This document shows positions 30,259 to 40,418 of a stretch of 59,564 nucleotides of DNA, piece by piece. This DNA is from Clostridia bacterium. GTDB lineage: Bacteria > Bacillota > Clostridia > Oscillospirales > CAG-272. Position 1 is the stretch's first letter. Each line of letters starts with the position of its first letter. Both the position numbers and the translations under genes were made by a program. Location: assembly GCA_017532425.1 (NCBI GenBank), contig JAFXJH010000047.1:1-59564 (forward strand), read 5' to 3'. The notes below the pieces were generated by a model that did not search any database, had not been told where the DNA came from, and saw nothing but the letters and a program-made list of their open reading frames with translations.

Positions 30259-30912
30259 TTATCTCGCGCCATTTACAGCAAGATAGTTCTTGATGCGCTC
30301 AACGTTTTCTCTGTTTGCCTCGTCCTCTTCGAGATACTCGATAATATCGTAAACGTCAACTATCGAATATACGGGGAATCCGAACTGCTCTTCGATCTCC
30401 TGCATTGCGCCCTTTTCGGTCTGACCCTTTTCCTTACGGTCAACCATTATGAAGGTAGCCGCAACCTTTACGTTTTCAAGGTGAGAAAGGATCTCCATAC
30501 TCTCACGGATAGCCGTTCCTGCCGTGATAACGTCCTCGATAATAACTACCTCTTCGCCTGCTGTCGGAACGTATCCTACGAAAACTCCGCCTTCGCCGTG
30601 GTCCTTTACTTCCTTACGGTTGAAGAAGAAGGGAACGTTAAGATCCTTCTTGGAGAGTGCAACCGCAGCAGATACCGCAAGCGAAATTCCCTTGTATGCA
30701 GGTCCGTAAAGAACTGCCTTCTTTGCGCCGAGCTTTTCAAAATACGCCTTCGCATAGAACTCACCGAGTCTTGCGATATCGTCGCCTGTCTTTATCATTC
30801 CCGCATTGATGAAATAGGGAATCTTTCTTCCGCTCTTCGCGGTAAAATCACCAAACTTAAGTACGCCTGCGCCCTGCAGGAACTGTATAAACTCTCTCTT
30901 GTAGCTTTCCAT
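30259..30912 (-). CDS. pyrE: Orotate phosphoribosyltransferase
   Basis: KSGRKIPYF, GPAYKGI, NRKEVKDHGEGG, IIEDVITAGT. Confidence 0.96.
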   Translation of the reverse strand: MESYKREFIQFLQGAGVLKFGDFTAKSGRKIPYFINAGMIKTGDDIARLGEFYAKAYFEKLGAKKAVLYGPAYKGISLAVSAAVALSKKDLNVPFFFNRKEVKDHGEGGVFVGYVPTAGEEVVIIEDVITAGTAIRESMEILSHLENVKVAATFIMVDRKEKGQTEKGAMQEIEEQFGFPVYSIVDVYDIIEYLEEDEANRENVERIKNYLAVNGAR

Positions 30913-30928
30913 ATCTATATACCTTTCT

Positions 30929-31732
30929 TTATCTTTCTATATAAAATTTATCTGTTTCTTTGAGCTCGAGATAGTCGATCGCGCGCTCGAAAATGCCTTT
31001 TGCACGGTCAAGATCTGCTGGATGATGCGCGTCGCTTCCCATATAGAACTTGCATCCGCACTTCTTCGCTATTTCAAACATACGCAGAACGGTCTGTGCT
31101 TCTGCTTCCTTAAAGTTCATATCGCTCGAGTTGAGCTCAACTCCGATTCCGACCTCTGCCGCTCTTGTAAAGCTCTTTACAAGCTCTTTTTCGGGAAGAA
31201 GGTCAAGAACTGCAAGGTAATCGCTTCTCTTGCCGGGTGCTATAAGACCGCACGCAAGATGTGCAACTCCCATTTTACGGAAAGGAAGATCCTTTGCAAG
31301 CAGAGCGTTAAACTTTTCAAGCCATACCTTTGCTCTACCCTCTACGCTTGCGGCATCCTCGTCGGAAAGTCCGAAGCCCTTATTATTGAGATGCGTTGTG
31401 GGTACTATAACAAAGTCGAGCTTATCGTAGGTTGCTCTTTCCATTCCGATGGTGAAATCCTTCGCCATTTCGGTTTCCGCTCCGAACATAAAATCTACGT
31501 TTTCATTCTTCGGAAGAGGAAGTATCTGCGATATCCACTCAAAATCCTGCGGCTTATACCAGTCTATAGCACCGGGGATCGTTCTGTCCCAGAAGTGGTC
31601 TGTAACGCATATTCTGCGAAGTCCGTTATCAAGCGCGTACTTAAGAATACGCTCTGCGTTTTGTGCCTCATCCCTTGAGCAGGTCGAAAGCTTCGAGTGA
31701 ATATGATAATCGTGATCGAACGTATATCTCAT
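30929..31732 (-). CDS. PHP-domain metallohydrolase
   Basis: DYHIHS, TDHF, GAE, VAH, GSDAH. Confidence 0.82.
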   Translation of the reverse strand: MRYTFDHDYHIHSKLSTCSRDEAQNAERILKYALDNGLRRICVTDHFWDRTIPGAIDWYKPQDFEWISQILPLPKNENVDFMFGAETEMAKDFTIGMERATYDKLDFVIVPTTHLNNKGFGLSDEDAASVEGRAKVWLEKFNALLAKDLPFRKMGVAHLACGLIAPGKRSDYLAVLDLLPEKELVKSFTRAAEVGIGVELNSSDMNFKEAEAQTVLRMFEIAKKCGCKFYMGSDAHHPADLDRAKGIFERAIDYLELKETDKFYIER

Positions 31733-31751
31733 ATAAACCTCACATTAAATT

Positions 31752-32450
31752 TCAGTCAACAAATTCGGCAATACATCTTTCGTATGCGGCAACGGGGTCT
31801 GCAGCCGCTGTTATCGGACGGCCTACAACGATGTAGTCGGATCCGATCTTCTTAGCCTCTGCGGGAGTCATAACTCTCTTCTGGTCGCCGATATCTCCGT
31901 CAGCGAATCTTACGCCGGGAGTAACCGTAACGAAATCCTTACCGCAGGTCTCGTGTACCTTACCTGCTTCAAGAGGCGAGCATACAACGCCGTCGAGTCC
32001 TGCGACTTTTGCGTTATGGGCATAGTGCATAACTACCTTATCGATCGGCTCGTGGATCATAAGATCGTTTTCCATACTCTCCTGGTCTGTGGAGGTAAGC
32101 TGTGTTACAGCGATAAGGATCGGTCTTGTGCCGTCTTCTCTTGTAAGTCCCTCAAGAGCACCCTCCATCATACGGATAGTACCGCTTGCGTGAAGGTTTG
32201 TCATATCAACGTCGAGTCTTGAGAGAACAGCCATCGCCTTTTTGACCGTATTTGGGATATCGTGAAGCTTCAGATCGAGGAATATCTTATGTCCTCTCTT
32301 CTTTATTTCTCTTACTATCGAAGGTCCTTCTGCATAGTAAAGCTCCATTCCTATCTTAACAAAGGGCTTTCTGCCTGTAAACTTATCAAGAAATGCAAAT
32401 GTTTTTTCTGCGCTGTCAAAATCGCAAGCAATGATTACGTCCTTTCCCAT
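31752..32450 (-). CDS. pyrF: Orotidine-5'-phosphate decarboxylase
   Basis: [34 protein letters not shown]. Confidence 0.97.
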   Translation of the reverse strand: MGKDVIIACDFDSAEKTFAFLDKFTGRKPFVKIGMELYYAEGPSIVREIKKRGHKIFLDLKLHDIPNTVKKAMAVLSRLDVDMTNLHASGTIRMMEGALEGLTREDGTRPILIAVTQLTSTDQESMENDLMIHEPIDKVVMHYAHNAKVAGLDGVVCSPLEAGKVHETCGKDFVTVTPGVRFADGDIGDQKRVMTPAEAKKIGSDYIVVGRPITAAADPVAAYERCIAEFVD

Positions 32451-33370
32451 TAGTGTGCTCCTCCTATAATTTCATTTAATTTTTTTATACCGTATTTTTC
32501 CATAACTCTCGGCAGATCGTTTATAATATCTCGGCAAGCGTAAGGATTTACAAGGTTTGCCGCACCGACTTCTACCGCCGTTGCTCCTGCGAGCATCATT
32601 TCTATAACATCCTCCGCGCTCGAAACGCCGCCCATTCCGACAACCGGAATCTTAACTGCGCCCGCCACCTGATAAACCATTCTTACAGCCACGGGGAATA
32701 TAGCGCTACCCGAAAATCCACCCATTTTATTGGCGATTACCGGCTTTTTGGTGCGAAGGTCTATTCTCATTCCGAGCAGGGTGTTTATAAGGCTGATGCC
32801 GTCTGCGCCCGCTTCCTCGCACGCCTTTGCTATCGAAACGATATCCGTAACGTTAGGCGAAAGCTTAATTATGACCGGCTTTGTCGTAACTGCCTTTACC
32901 GCGCGAGTTACCTCTGCCGCCGCCTCGGGTGAAGTACCGAATGACATTCCGCCGCCGTGTACGTTAGGACAGCTTACGTTGACCTCGAGCCAGCCTACCT
33001 GCTCGCATTTATCGAGCTTTTCGCAGGTATAAACGTATTCTTCGACCGAAAATCCCGAAACGTTCGCCATTACCGGCTTATTAAAGCACTTTTTAAGCTT
33101 CGGAAGCTCCTCTGAAATAACCTTTTCGACTCCGGGATTCTGCAGACACACCGAGTTTATCATTCCCATCGGGCATTCTGCTATTCTCGGGGTAGGATTT
33201 CCGAATCTCGGCTCCTTCGTCGTACCCTTGAACGAGAAGGTACCGAGCATATTTATATCGTAAAGCTCTGCGAATTCATATCCGAAGCCGTACGTTCCGC
33301 TTGCGGGGATCACGGGATTATCGAGCTCTATACCGCAAAGAGTTACTTTAGTTTCTACTGCTTGTCCCAT
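32450..33370 (-). CDS. pyrD: Dihydroorotate dehydrogenase B, catalytic subunit
   Basis: ASGT, GNPTPRI, NVSCPNV, KLSPNVT, INTL; ATG at 33370 follows AGGAG. Confidence 0.95.
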   Translation of the reverse strand: MGQAVETKVTLCGIELDNPVIPASGTYGFGYEFAELYDINMLGTFSFKGTTKEPRFGNPTPRIAECPMGMINSVCLQNPGVEKVISEELPKLKKCFNKPVMANVSGFSVEEYVYTCEKLDKCEQVGWLEVNVSCPNVHGGGMSFGTSPEAAAEVTRAVKAVTTKPVIIKLSPNVTDIVSIAKACEEAGADGISLINTLLGMRIDLRTKKPVIANKMGGFSGSAIFPVAVRMVYQVAGAVKIPVVGMGGVSSAEDVIEMMLAGATAVEVGAANLVNPYACRDIINDLPRVMEKYGIKKLNEIIGGAH

Positions 33371-34098
33371 AATATCTCCTCTCTGCAAAGAACGGGGCCG
33401 TCCTTGCATATGCGTTTATATCCTGTTACCGTCTTGCACGAGCATCCCATACAAGCGCCGAAGCCGCATCCCATACGCTCCTCGAAGCTGAACTGTGCCG
33501 GAGCATCTGTCGCATTATAGAGTGCCTTGAGCATTGGCTCGGGTCCGCACGAGCATATCGACGAATACTCACCGACCGTATCAAGTGCGTTTGTTACAAA
33601 TCCCTTGATTCCGCAGCTTCCGTCCACCGTCGTAACTGTAAAGCTTGCGCCTATCTTTTCAAATTCTTCTTTATAAAAGACCTCGTCTTCGCTTCCGAAT
33701 CCTGCAATGACCTTGACATTTTTACCCGCTTTTATTAGCTCCTTTGCGAGCAGGAACATCGGAGGAAGTCCTACACCGCCGCCCACAAGCAGAGGTGTAT
33801 CTCCGCATTTTGAGAGGTCATAGCCGTTTCCAAGACCTGTGAGTACATCAAGCTCCTCGCCGCCCGTCATCTCAGCCATCTTCTCCGTTCCCCTACCGAC
33901 GACCTTATATACAAGTGTCAGCGCACCGTTTTCGGCGTCGCAAACCGATATCGGTCTACGAAGATAGAAGCCGTCAAGCTGAACATTTACGAACTGACCG
34001 GGCGCTGTAATATCCGATATATCGCCCGAAAGCTTCATTTCAAACGTGTTCTTCGCGATCTTTCGATTGGAGATCACAGTAAAAATCGATTGCTTCAT
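33355..34098 (-). CDS. pyrK: Dihydroorotate dehydrogenase electron-transfer subunit
   Basis: LRRPIS, GGGVGLPP, CGPEPM, MGCGFGACMGC, CKDGPV. Confidence 0.95.
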   Translation of the reverse strand: MKQSIFTVISNRKIAKNTFEMKLSGDISDITAPGQFVNVQLDGFYLRRPISVCDAENGALTLVYKVVGRGTEKMAEMTGGEELDVLTGLGNGYDLSKCGDTPLLVGGGVGLPPMFLLAKELIKAGKNVKVIAGFGSEDEVFYKEEFEKIGASFTVTTVDGSCGIKGFVTNALDTVGEYSSICSCGPEPMLKALYNATDAPAQFSFEERMGCGFGACMGCSCKTVTGYKRICKDGPVLCREEILWDKQ

Positions 34099-34122
34099 TT
34101 TCCAAGCCTTTCTTTTTTTCGC

Positions 34123-34775
34123 GGAAACCCTTTTTGAAAAAAGGGTTTCCACACCTTCCCAAAAACTTTTCTGAAATGGAAAGGAATTTATTTTAGTTTA
34201 GATGGTTTTCTTTTTGTTCTATTTTTCCGTTTGTTCGGTTGCCCCTTTTTGTAAAAAGGGTTTCCACACCTTTCCAAAAACTTTTCTGAACTTGGAAAGA
34301 AAATTATATTTTTTATGAAGTTTTTGAAGTTATTAGAAACTTTTTTCAAAAAGTTTCTAATTGGGTTTTAGGGCAACGCCCTAAGAAAACGGTGGAGACG
34401 GTACCGTTCGTTCCACAAGATTTTTGTGCCGTTCGAACCCTGTAGAACGGACCGTCGTGGACGCCGGTCCCTACAGTTGTAATTATCTTTTCTTTTCAGT
34501 TAAGTTTTGAGATTCCAAAACGTTTTGCGTGCAAATCGTTTTAAACTTCTTTTCAAAAAGTTTCTAATTGGGTTTTAGGGCAACGCCCTAAGGAAACGTC
34601 GGATACGGTGCCGTTCGTTCCACAAGATTTTTGTGCCGTTCGAACACTGTAGAACGGACCGTCGAGGACGCCGGTCCCTACAGTTGTAATTATCTTTTCT
34701 TTACAGTTAAGTTTTTGAGATTCCAAAGAACTTTTTGAAAAAAGTTCTTTGGTGGGGTTCGGGGCAAAACCCCGA
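34123..34775. repeat. Mosaic repeat cluster: five tag+hairpin copies, a 207-bp-period duplication and two GTAG-type REPs
   Basis: About 34344-34518 matches about 34551-34726; GTAG-GGACCG..CGGTCC on the minus strand at 34474-34448 and 34681-34655. Confidence 0.9.
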
Positions 34776-37700
34776 TTACGAATCTATTGTAGAGACCTTG
34801 AAGGTGATCTCGTCGAGGACGTCGAGGAGAGCCTTAACGGTATCGAGAGCGGTGAACATAGTCACGTTGTTTTCTACAGCGAGGCGGCGGATCTGATAGC
34901 CGTCCTGCATCTGATCCATAGAACCGGGCTCACGGGTATTGATAACGTAAGCGATATAACCCTTGCGAATAGCGTTGGGGATATCGTCGCTGCTCTCGTT
35001 GCCGTCGGTGATCTTGGACATGACCTTGGTACGGATGCCGTGCTCTTTAAGGAAAGCGGCAGTGCCTGCGGTTGCCTGGATGTTGAATCCGAGGTTGTAG
35101 AAGCGTCTGATAAGAGGAAGTGCTTCTTCCTTGTCCTTGTCTGCGATGGTTGCGAGAACTGTTCCGTAGTTCTGTATCTGCATTCCCGATGCCTGAAGAG
35201 CCTTGTAGAGCGCGCGGTTAAGAGTTGTGTCGTAGCCGATCGCTTCGCCTGTGGACTTCATTTCGGGCGAGAGGTAGGTATCCATTCCGCGGAGCTTTGC
35301 GAAGGAGAATACGGGTGCTTTTACGTAGTACTTCTTCTTTTCTGCGGGATAGAACTCGGTAATACCCTGATCTCTGAGCGACTCGCCGAGGATGACCTTC
35401 GTCGCTATGTCAGCAAGAGGATATCCGGTAGCCTTTGAGAGGAAGGGCACGGTTCTTGAAGAACGCGGGTTAACTTCTATGATAAATACCTCGTCGTTTT
35501 TGTCAACGATGAACTGAATGTTGTAAAGTCCGACGATTCCGAGTCCGATACCGAGCTTCTTTGCATAGTCGAGTATCTTTGCCTTTACCTCGTCAGAAAT
35601 GCTGAAGGAGGGGTATACGCTGATACTGTCGCCGCTGTGTACGCCGGTACGCTCAACGAGCTCCATAATACCGGGAACGAATACGTCCTTTCCGTCGCAT
35701 ACGGCGTCGATCTCGACCTCTTTACCCATAATGTATCTGTCAACGAGAACGGGCTTGTCTGCATCGATCTCAACTGCGTTCTTGAGGTAATGGCGAAGCT
35801 GTGACTCGTTTGCGATTATCTGCATCGCACGTCCGCCGAGAACGAAGCTCGGACGAACGAGAACGGGATATCCGATCCTTGCCGCAGTTGCAACTCCCTC
35901 TTCGATGTCGGTAACTGCCGCACCCGTCGGCTGAGGAATGTGAAGCTGTGAAAGAATATGCTCGAAGGATTTGCGGTTTTCCGCACGGTCGATAGCTTCA
36001 ACGTCTGTACCGATTATCTTTACTCCGCGCTCGAGAAGAGGTGCGGCAAGATTTATAGCGGTCTGTCCGCCGAGCGATGCGATGACCTCGTCAGAGCCCT
36101 CAAACGCCACGATATTCATAACGTCTTCGACTGTAAGAGGCTCGAAATAGAGCTTGTCTGCCGTCGTATAGTCTGTCGAAACCGTTTCGGGGTTGTTGTT
36201 TATTATAATTGCCTCATAGCCTGCGCTGCGTATCGTCTGAACTGCGTGAACCGACGAATAGTCGAATTCTACACCCTGACCGATACGGATGGGACCTGCA
36301 CCGAGAACCATTTTCTTTTCTTTATCCGTAACTATCGACTTGTTTTCGCCCGTGTAGCTCGAATAGAAGTAAGGAATATAGTGTCCCGTGTGCGCGGTAT
36401 CAACCATCTTGTAGATAGGATAAATATTTTTGCCCGTACGGAATTTCCATACGTCGAGCTCGCTCATGCTCCAGAGCTTTGCGATATATTTATCCGAGAA
36501 GCCGAGCTTCTTTGCTTCCTTGAGCACATCCTCGCTCATAACGTTGTTTTTAAGAAGCTCTTCGCAGTCTGTAATACGCTTGAGCGCTTCGAGGAAGAGC
36601 TCTGTTATCATTGTGATCTCGTGGAGCTTTTCGATAGAAACTCCACGGCGGAGAAGCTCGCATACCGCAAAGAGAGTGTCATCTCTGAAATCAGCCATAT
36701 ATTCGATTATCTCGTCTGTCGTCATATTATCGAACTTAGGCATATAGAAGTGGCAAACACCGATCTCAAGCGAGCGCACCGATTTAAGAAGACATTCTTC
36801 AAGGCTTGAGCCGATACCCATAACCTCGCCGGTTGCCTTCATCTGTGTGCCGAGCTTGTTCGTAGCGTCTGCGAATTTATCAAACGGGAATCTCGGAAGC
36901 TTTGCGATTATATAGTCGAGCGAAGGCTCGTAAGCCGCAGTAGTATTTCCGAGCTTAATATCTTCAAGTGTCATACCGACAGCGATCTTTGCGGTAACTC
37001 TTGCAATCGGGTATCCGCTTGCCTTGGATGCAAGTGCCGAAGAGCGCGAAACTCTCGGGTTTACCTCGATGAGGTAATACTGCGACGTCGTGGGATGGAG
37101 TGCAAACTGCACGTTGCATCCGCCCTCTATCTTAAGCTCCTTGATAAGCTTGATAGCGCTATCGTTGAGCATCTTTTCGTCTTCTTTAGAAAGGCTCATA
37201 ATGGGAGCAACGACCACAGAGTCGCCTGTATGAACGCCGACGGGGTCTACGTTTTCCATACCGCAGATAGTGATAGCGTGTCCTGTGCCGTCGCGCATAA
37301 CCTCGAATTCGATCTCTTTATAGCCCTTAACGCTCTTTTCGATAAGAACCTGATGAACGGGAGAGAGTCTGAACGCATTGATGGCAACATCTTCAAGCTC
37401 CTTTTCGTCGCCTGCAAATCCGCCGCCCGTACCGCCGAGTGTAAATGCGGGACGAAGAACTACCGGGTATCCTATTCTTTCGGCTGCTTCCTTTGCTTCT
37501 TCAACCGAGTAGGTTATTTCGGAAGGAATTACGGGCTCGCCGATAGACGTGCAAAGCTCCTTGAAAAGCTCTCTGTCCTCTGCTCTTTCGATACTTTCGC
37601 CCGAGGTTCCGAGAAGCTCTACTCCGCATTCTGCGAGTATGCCCTTCTTTTCGAGCTGCATAGCGAGGTTAAGACCTGTCTGTCCGCCGATACCGGGGAT

Positions 37701-37958
37701 AATTGCGTCGGGACGCTCATATCTGATGATCCGTGACACGTATTCAAGTGTAAGCGGCTCCATATATACCTTGTCGGCAATGGACGTATCTGTCATTATC
37801 GTAGCAGGGTTAGAGTTTGCAAGCACGACCTCGTAGCCCTCTTCCTTAAGAGCTATACAAGCCTGCGTACCTGCGTAGTCGAATTCGGCAGCCTGACCGA
37901 TAACTATCGGACCCGATCCTATTATCATTATCTTGTGAATGTCTGTTCTCTTCGGCAT
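34776..37958 (-). CDS. carB: Carbamoyl-phosphate synthase large subunit
   Basis: GSGPIVIGQAAEFDYAG, GVHTGDS, EVNPRVSRSSALASKA, duplicated ATP-grasp and MGS domain. Confidence 0.97.
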   Translation of the reverse strand: MPKRTDIHKIMIIGSGPIVIGQAAEFDYAGTQACIALKEEGYEVVLANSNPATIMTDTSIADKVYMEPLTLEYVSRIIRYERPDAIIPGIGGQTGLNLAMQLEKKGILAECGVELLGTSGESIERAEDRELFKELCTSIGEPVIPSEITYSVEEAKEAAERIGYPVVLRPAFTLGGTGGGFAGDEKELEDVAINAFRLSPVHQVLIEKSVKGYKEIEFEVMRDGTGHAITICGMENVDPVGVHTGDSVVVAPIMSLSKEDEKMLNDSAIKLIKELKIEGGCNVQFALHPTTSQYYLIEVNPRVSRSSALASKASGYPIARVTAKIAVGMTLEDIKLGNTTAAYEPSLDYIIAKLPRFPFDKFADATNKLGTQMKATGEVMGIGSSLEECLLKSVRSLEIGVCHFYMPKFDNMTTDEIIEYMADFRDDTLFAVCELLRRGVSIEKLHEITMITELFLEALKRITDCEELLKNNVMSEDVLKEAKKLGFSDKYIAKLWSMSELDVWKFRTGKNIYPIYKMVDTAHTGHYIPYFYSSYTGENKSIVTDKEKKMVLGAGPIRIGQGVEFDYSSVHAVQTIRSAGYEAIIINNNPETVSTDYTTADKLYFEPLTVEDVMNIVAFEGSDEVIASLGGQTAINLAAPLLERGVKIIGTDVEAIDRAENRKSFEHILSQLHIPQPTGAAVTDIEEGVATAARIGYPVLVRPSFVLGGRAMQIIANESQLRHYLKNAVEIDADKPVLVDRYIMGKEVEIDAVCDGKDVFVPGIMELVERTGVHSGDSISVYPSFSISDEVKAKILDYAKKLGIGLGIVGLYNIQFIVDKNDEVFIIEVNPRSSRTVPFLSKATGYPLADIATKVILGESLRDQGITEFYPAEKKKYYVKAPVFSFAKLRGMDTYLSPEMKSTGEAIGYDTTLNRALYKALQASGMQIQNYGTVLATIADKDKEEALPLIRRFYNLGFNIQATAGTAAFLKEHGIRTKVMSKITDGNESSDDIPNAIRKGYIAYVINTREPGSMDQMQDGYQIRRLAVENNVTMFTALDTVKALLDVLDEITFKVSTIDS

Positions 37959-37990
37959 ATTATGCACGTTCCTTTCTATTGTAAAGCGAT

Positions 37991-38070
37991 TGTTTTACCT
38001 TGTTTTACCTTGTTTTACCTTGTTTTACCTTGTTTTATCTATCTTATCTATCTTATCTATCTTTTATCTT
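37991..38070. repeat. Simple tandem repeats (TGTTTTACCT)x4-5 and (ATCT/ATCTT)n
   Basis: Direct reading between the pyrC stop and the carB RBS. Confidence 0.85.
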
Positions 38071-38071
38071 C

Positions 38072-39343
38072 TTACAGAGCGTTATAAACGATCTTTCCGT
38101 CGCAAACTGTCATAAGGCACTTTCCGAACACCTTTTTGCCGCCAAACGGAGTATTTCTTCCCTTTGAGAGGAACTTTTCGGGGTCTATTTCGTACTCCGT
38201 GTCAAGCGAAAATACCGTGAAGCTTCCCTTCTCACCGAATATCTCGCCTCTGCTTAGCGAAAATCTCTCACTCGGTACAGTGCTCATCATATCGATAAGA
38301 CGCTCGAGCGTGATAACGCCCTTTTTAACCAGCTCCGTGTAGAGTATCGGGAAGGCGGTTTCAAGACCGACGATACCCATAAGGCTCTTTTCAAGCCCCT
38401 TGGACTTTTCTTCCTCGCTGTGAGGCGCGTGATCTGTCGCTATCATATCGATAGTACCGTCGCGCACGCCCTCTACAAGCGCTTCTCTGTCCTCTTTTGA
38501 TCGAAGCGGGGGATTCATCTTATAGTTTCCGTGGTCGACAAGGTCGTTTTCATCCATAACGAGATAGTGCGGTCCGGTTTCGCAGGTGATATTAACGCCG
38601 TTTGCCTTTGCCTCGCGTATAAGCTGTACGCTTTCCTTTGTGGATATATGGCAAACGTGATATGCACATCCTGTTTCCTTTGCGAGCTTTATATCTCTTT
38701 CTATCTGTTTCCACTCTGATTCGGAAGAAATTCCGGGGATATTATGCTCTTTTGCATACTTTCCCGCGTGTATCGCTCCGCCTGCGCGCAGAACGTCATC
38801 CTCGCAGTGTGCGGCGATTATCTTGCCGAGTCTTGCCGACTCTGTCATAGCCCTTCGCATGACCTCTTCGGTCTGAACGCCTATACCGTCGTCCGAGAAA
38901 GCAACAACGAAGTCTGCCATCTCTTCCATATCGGCGAGATCTTCTCCGTTTTTCGTTATTCTTCCGTAGGGTATTACCTTTATTTTTGCATCGCGCTCTA
39001 TTATCTCGAGCTGTCTGTCAAGATTTTCTTTGCTGAACGGTGACGGACTGAGGTTAGGCATCGAGCAAATTACCGTACATCCGCCTGCCGCCGCTGCCGC
39101 CGTACCGCTCTCTACCGTTTCTTTATAAGAAAAACCCGGCTCTCGGAGATGCGTATGCACATCGACGAAACCGGGGAAGACGGCGCAATTTTTAAAAACG
39201 GAAAATGCTTCTCCGTCCACGGAGAAGTCAGCAGAAGAATCGGAAATACGCGCCTTATTGATCCCGTCATCGGAAATGAGAATTTCTATATCTTTGTTTT
39301 CGTTAAGTCCGTATACGTATGCGTTTTCAAGTATGCAGCGCAT
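38072..39343 (-). CDS. pyrC: Dihydroorotase
   Basis: DVHTHLREPG, MPN, AHCED, KMNPPLRS, ATDHAPH. Confidence 0.96.
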   Translation of the reverse strand: MRCILENAYVYGLNENKDIEILISDDGINKARISDSSADFSVDGEAFSVFKNCAVFPGFVDVHTHLREPGFSYKETVESGTAAAAAGGCTVICSMPNLSPSPFSKENLDRQLEIIERDAKIKVIPYGRITKNGEDLADMEEMADFVVAFSDDGIGVQTEEVMRRAMTESARLGKIIAAHCEDDVLRAGGAIHAGKYAKEHNIPGISSESEWKQIERDIKLAKETGCAYHVCHISTKESVQLIREAKANGVNITCETGPHYLVMDENDLVDHGNYKMNPPLRSKEDREALVEGVRDGTIDMIATDHAPHSEEEKSKGLEKSLMGIVGLETAFPILYTELVKKGVITLERLIDMMSTVPSERFSLSRGEIFGEKGSFTVFSLDTEYEIDPEKFLSKGRNTPFGGKKVFGKCLMTVCDGKIVYNAL

Positions 39344-39393
39344 TTTTCTCACTCCTTTGGCACATATTATTTTCTGTTTTTTTCTTTCCAAAA

Positions 39394-39422
39394 ATTATAC
39401 CACTTTTTTTTTAATATGTCAA
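39394..39422 (-). promoter_or_regulatory. Consensus sigma-A promoter of the pyr operon
   Basis: TTGACA-N17-TATAAT with TG extension. Confidence 0.75.
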
Positions 39423-39556
39423 TGCTAATTATGTACTATCGTGAAATTTCTTTTCTCTTCTTTTTGTATCTTATTTCCCAAAATTCGTATAACGGCAATT
39501 TCTTGCGGTAAAAATATATCCGTAAACAAAAAACACCAATCGAAAGGAAACACAAA

Positions 39557-39784
39557 ATGATAAAAATGATCAAACAATATTCACGCTGCTTATTTGCATT
39601 TATTATCGCCGCGCTTATAATTATCGCCTCTCTTTGCTTTCTCGCGCACAGCGAGAGAAGCGCCTCGAAAAACTCGTTTTCAGCCTCTCAGATATACGAA
39701 ATGACCGAAGGCGATGAGGAAGGCACGGAAAGCGAAATATCAAGCAGGATAGGCGAGGAGCTTTTTGATATTTTTCAGAACTGA
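39557..39784 (+). CDS. Small hypothetical membrane-anchored/secreted protein
   Basis: RBS AAAGGA; N-terminal hydrophobic helix; acidic tail. Confidence 0.55.
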   Translation: MIKMIKQYSRCLFAFIIAALIIIASLCFLAHSERSASKNSFSASQIYEMTEGDEEGTESEISSRIGEELFDIFQN

Positions 39785-39803
39785 TCTATAATTTTACAGA
39801 AAG

Positions 39804-40073
39804 GTGGTGCATATAGTGTACAAGGGTTACAAACGCAAGGTAGTCGTCGTCCGAAACACGGAAAGCTCGCTCTTTGAAAGCGCTTATTTCGTTCTTCGGG
39901 AGGGTGCAGACAAGCACGCCATACGCGATATGCTGAAGGAGGCCTCGCGCATAATAAAGGAAAAGACGGCTGAAGACGAATGTCCGACGGTGCTGAAGCG
40001 CTTTTTCTCATTTTCGCTCGGATGTGCGATATGCTCTGTAATATTTACTGTTATCGTGATTTTTCTCGCTTGA
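39804..40073 (+). CDS. Small hypothetical protein with C-terminal TM helix
   Basis: KG..RKVVVV...LFESAYFVLRE...DMLKEASRII resembles a clostridial hypothetical family; start uncertain. Confidence 0.6.
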   Translation: MVHIVYKGYKRKVVVVRNTESSLFESAYFVLREGADKHAIRDMLKEASRIIKEKTAEDECPTVLKRFFSFSLGCAICSVIFTVIVIFLA

Positions 40074-40154
40074 CTTCGGGAAAATATTTACAGTTAGGCA
40101 AAAATCAATTTTTTTCCTGTTCATTAATGCGTGATATTATAAAGTGATTTATTT

Positions 40155-40379
40155 TGTGCGTGTACAAAAGACGGGCACCGACATACACGGGACGTGTTGT
40201 GTATGGTCACCGTGCCTGTCAAATACATAATTCTTCGGAACTGCTTTTTTACGTATTGGTCAAGACAAAAGCTGGGGTTTTGTCTGCAAATTCGTTTAAC
40301 TTAGGCGTGTTCCGCTCTTTTTCCGTGTATAACTGTGTCTGCACGGTCTTTTCTCCTGCCCTGATACTTGTTATGCACA
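40155..40379 (+). promoter_or_regulatory. Candidate structured 5' leader RNA of rnj
   Basis: Four internal stems, a cUUCGg tetraloop and an enclosing stem. Confidence 0.5.
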
Positions 40380-40418
40380 CCCTATATTTTTATTTTAAAA
40401 TTAAAGAAAGGACAATTT

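Noticed and set aside
39344-39422. PyrR attenuator upstream of pyrC
   Set aside because: The leader is about 45 nt, A-rich, and lacks the AGUCCAGAGAG-type binding loop or a terminator
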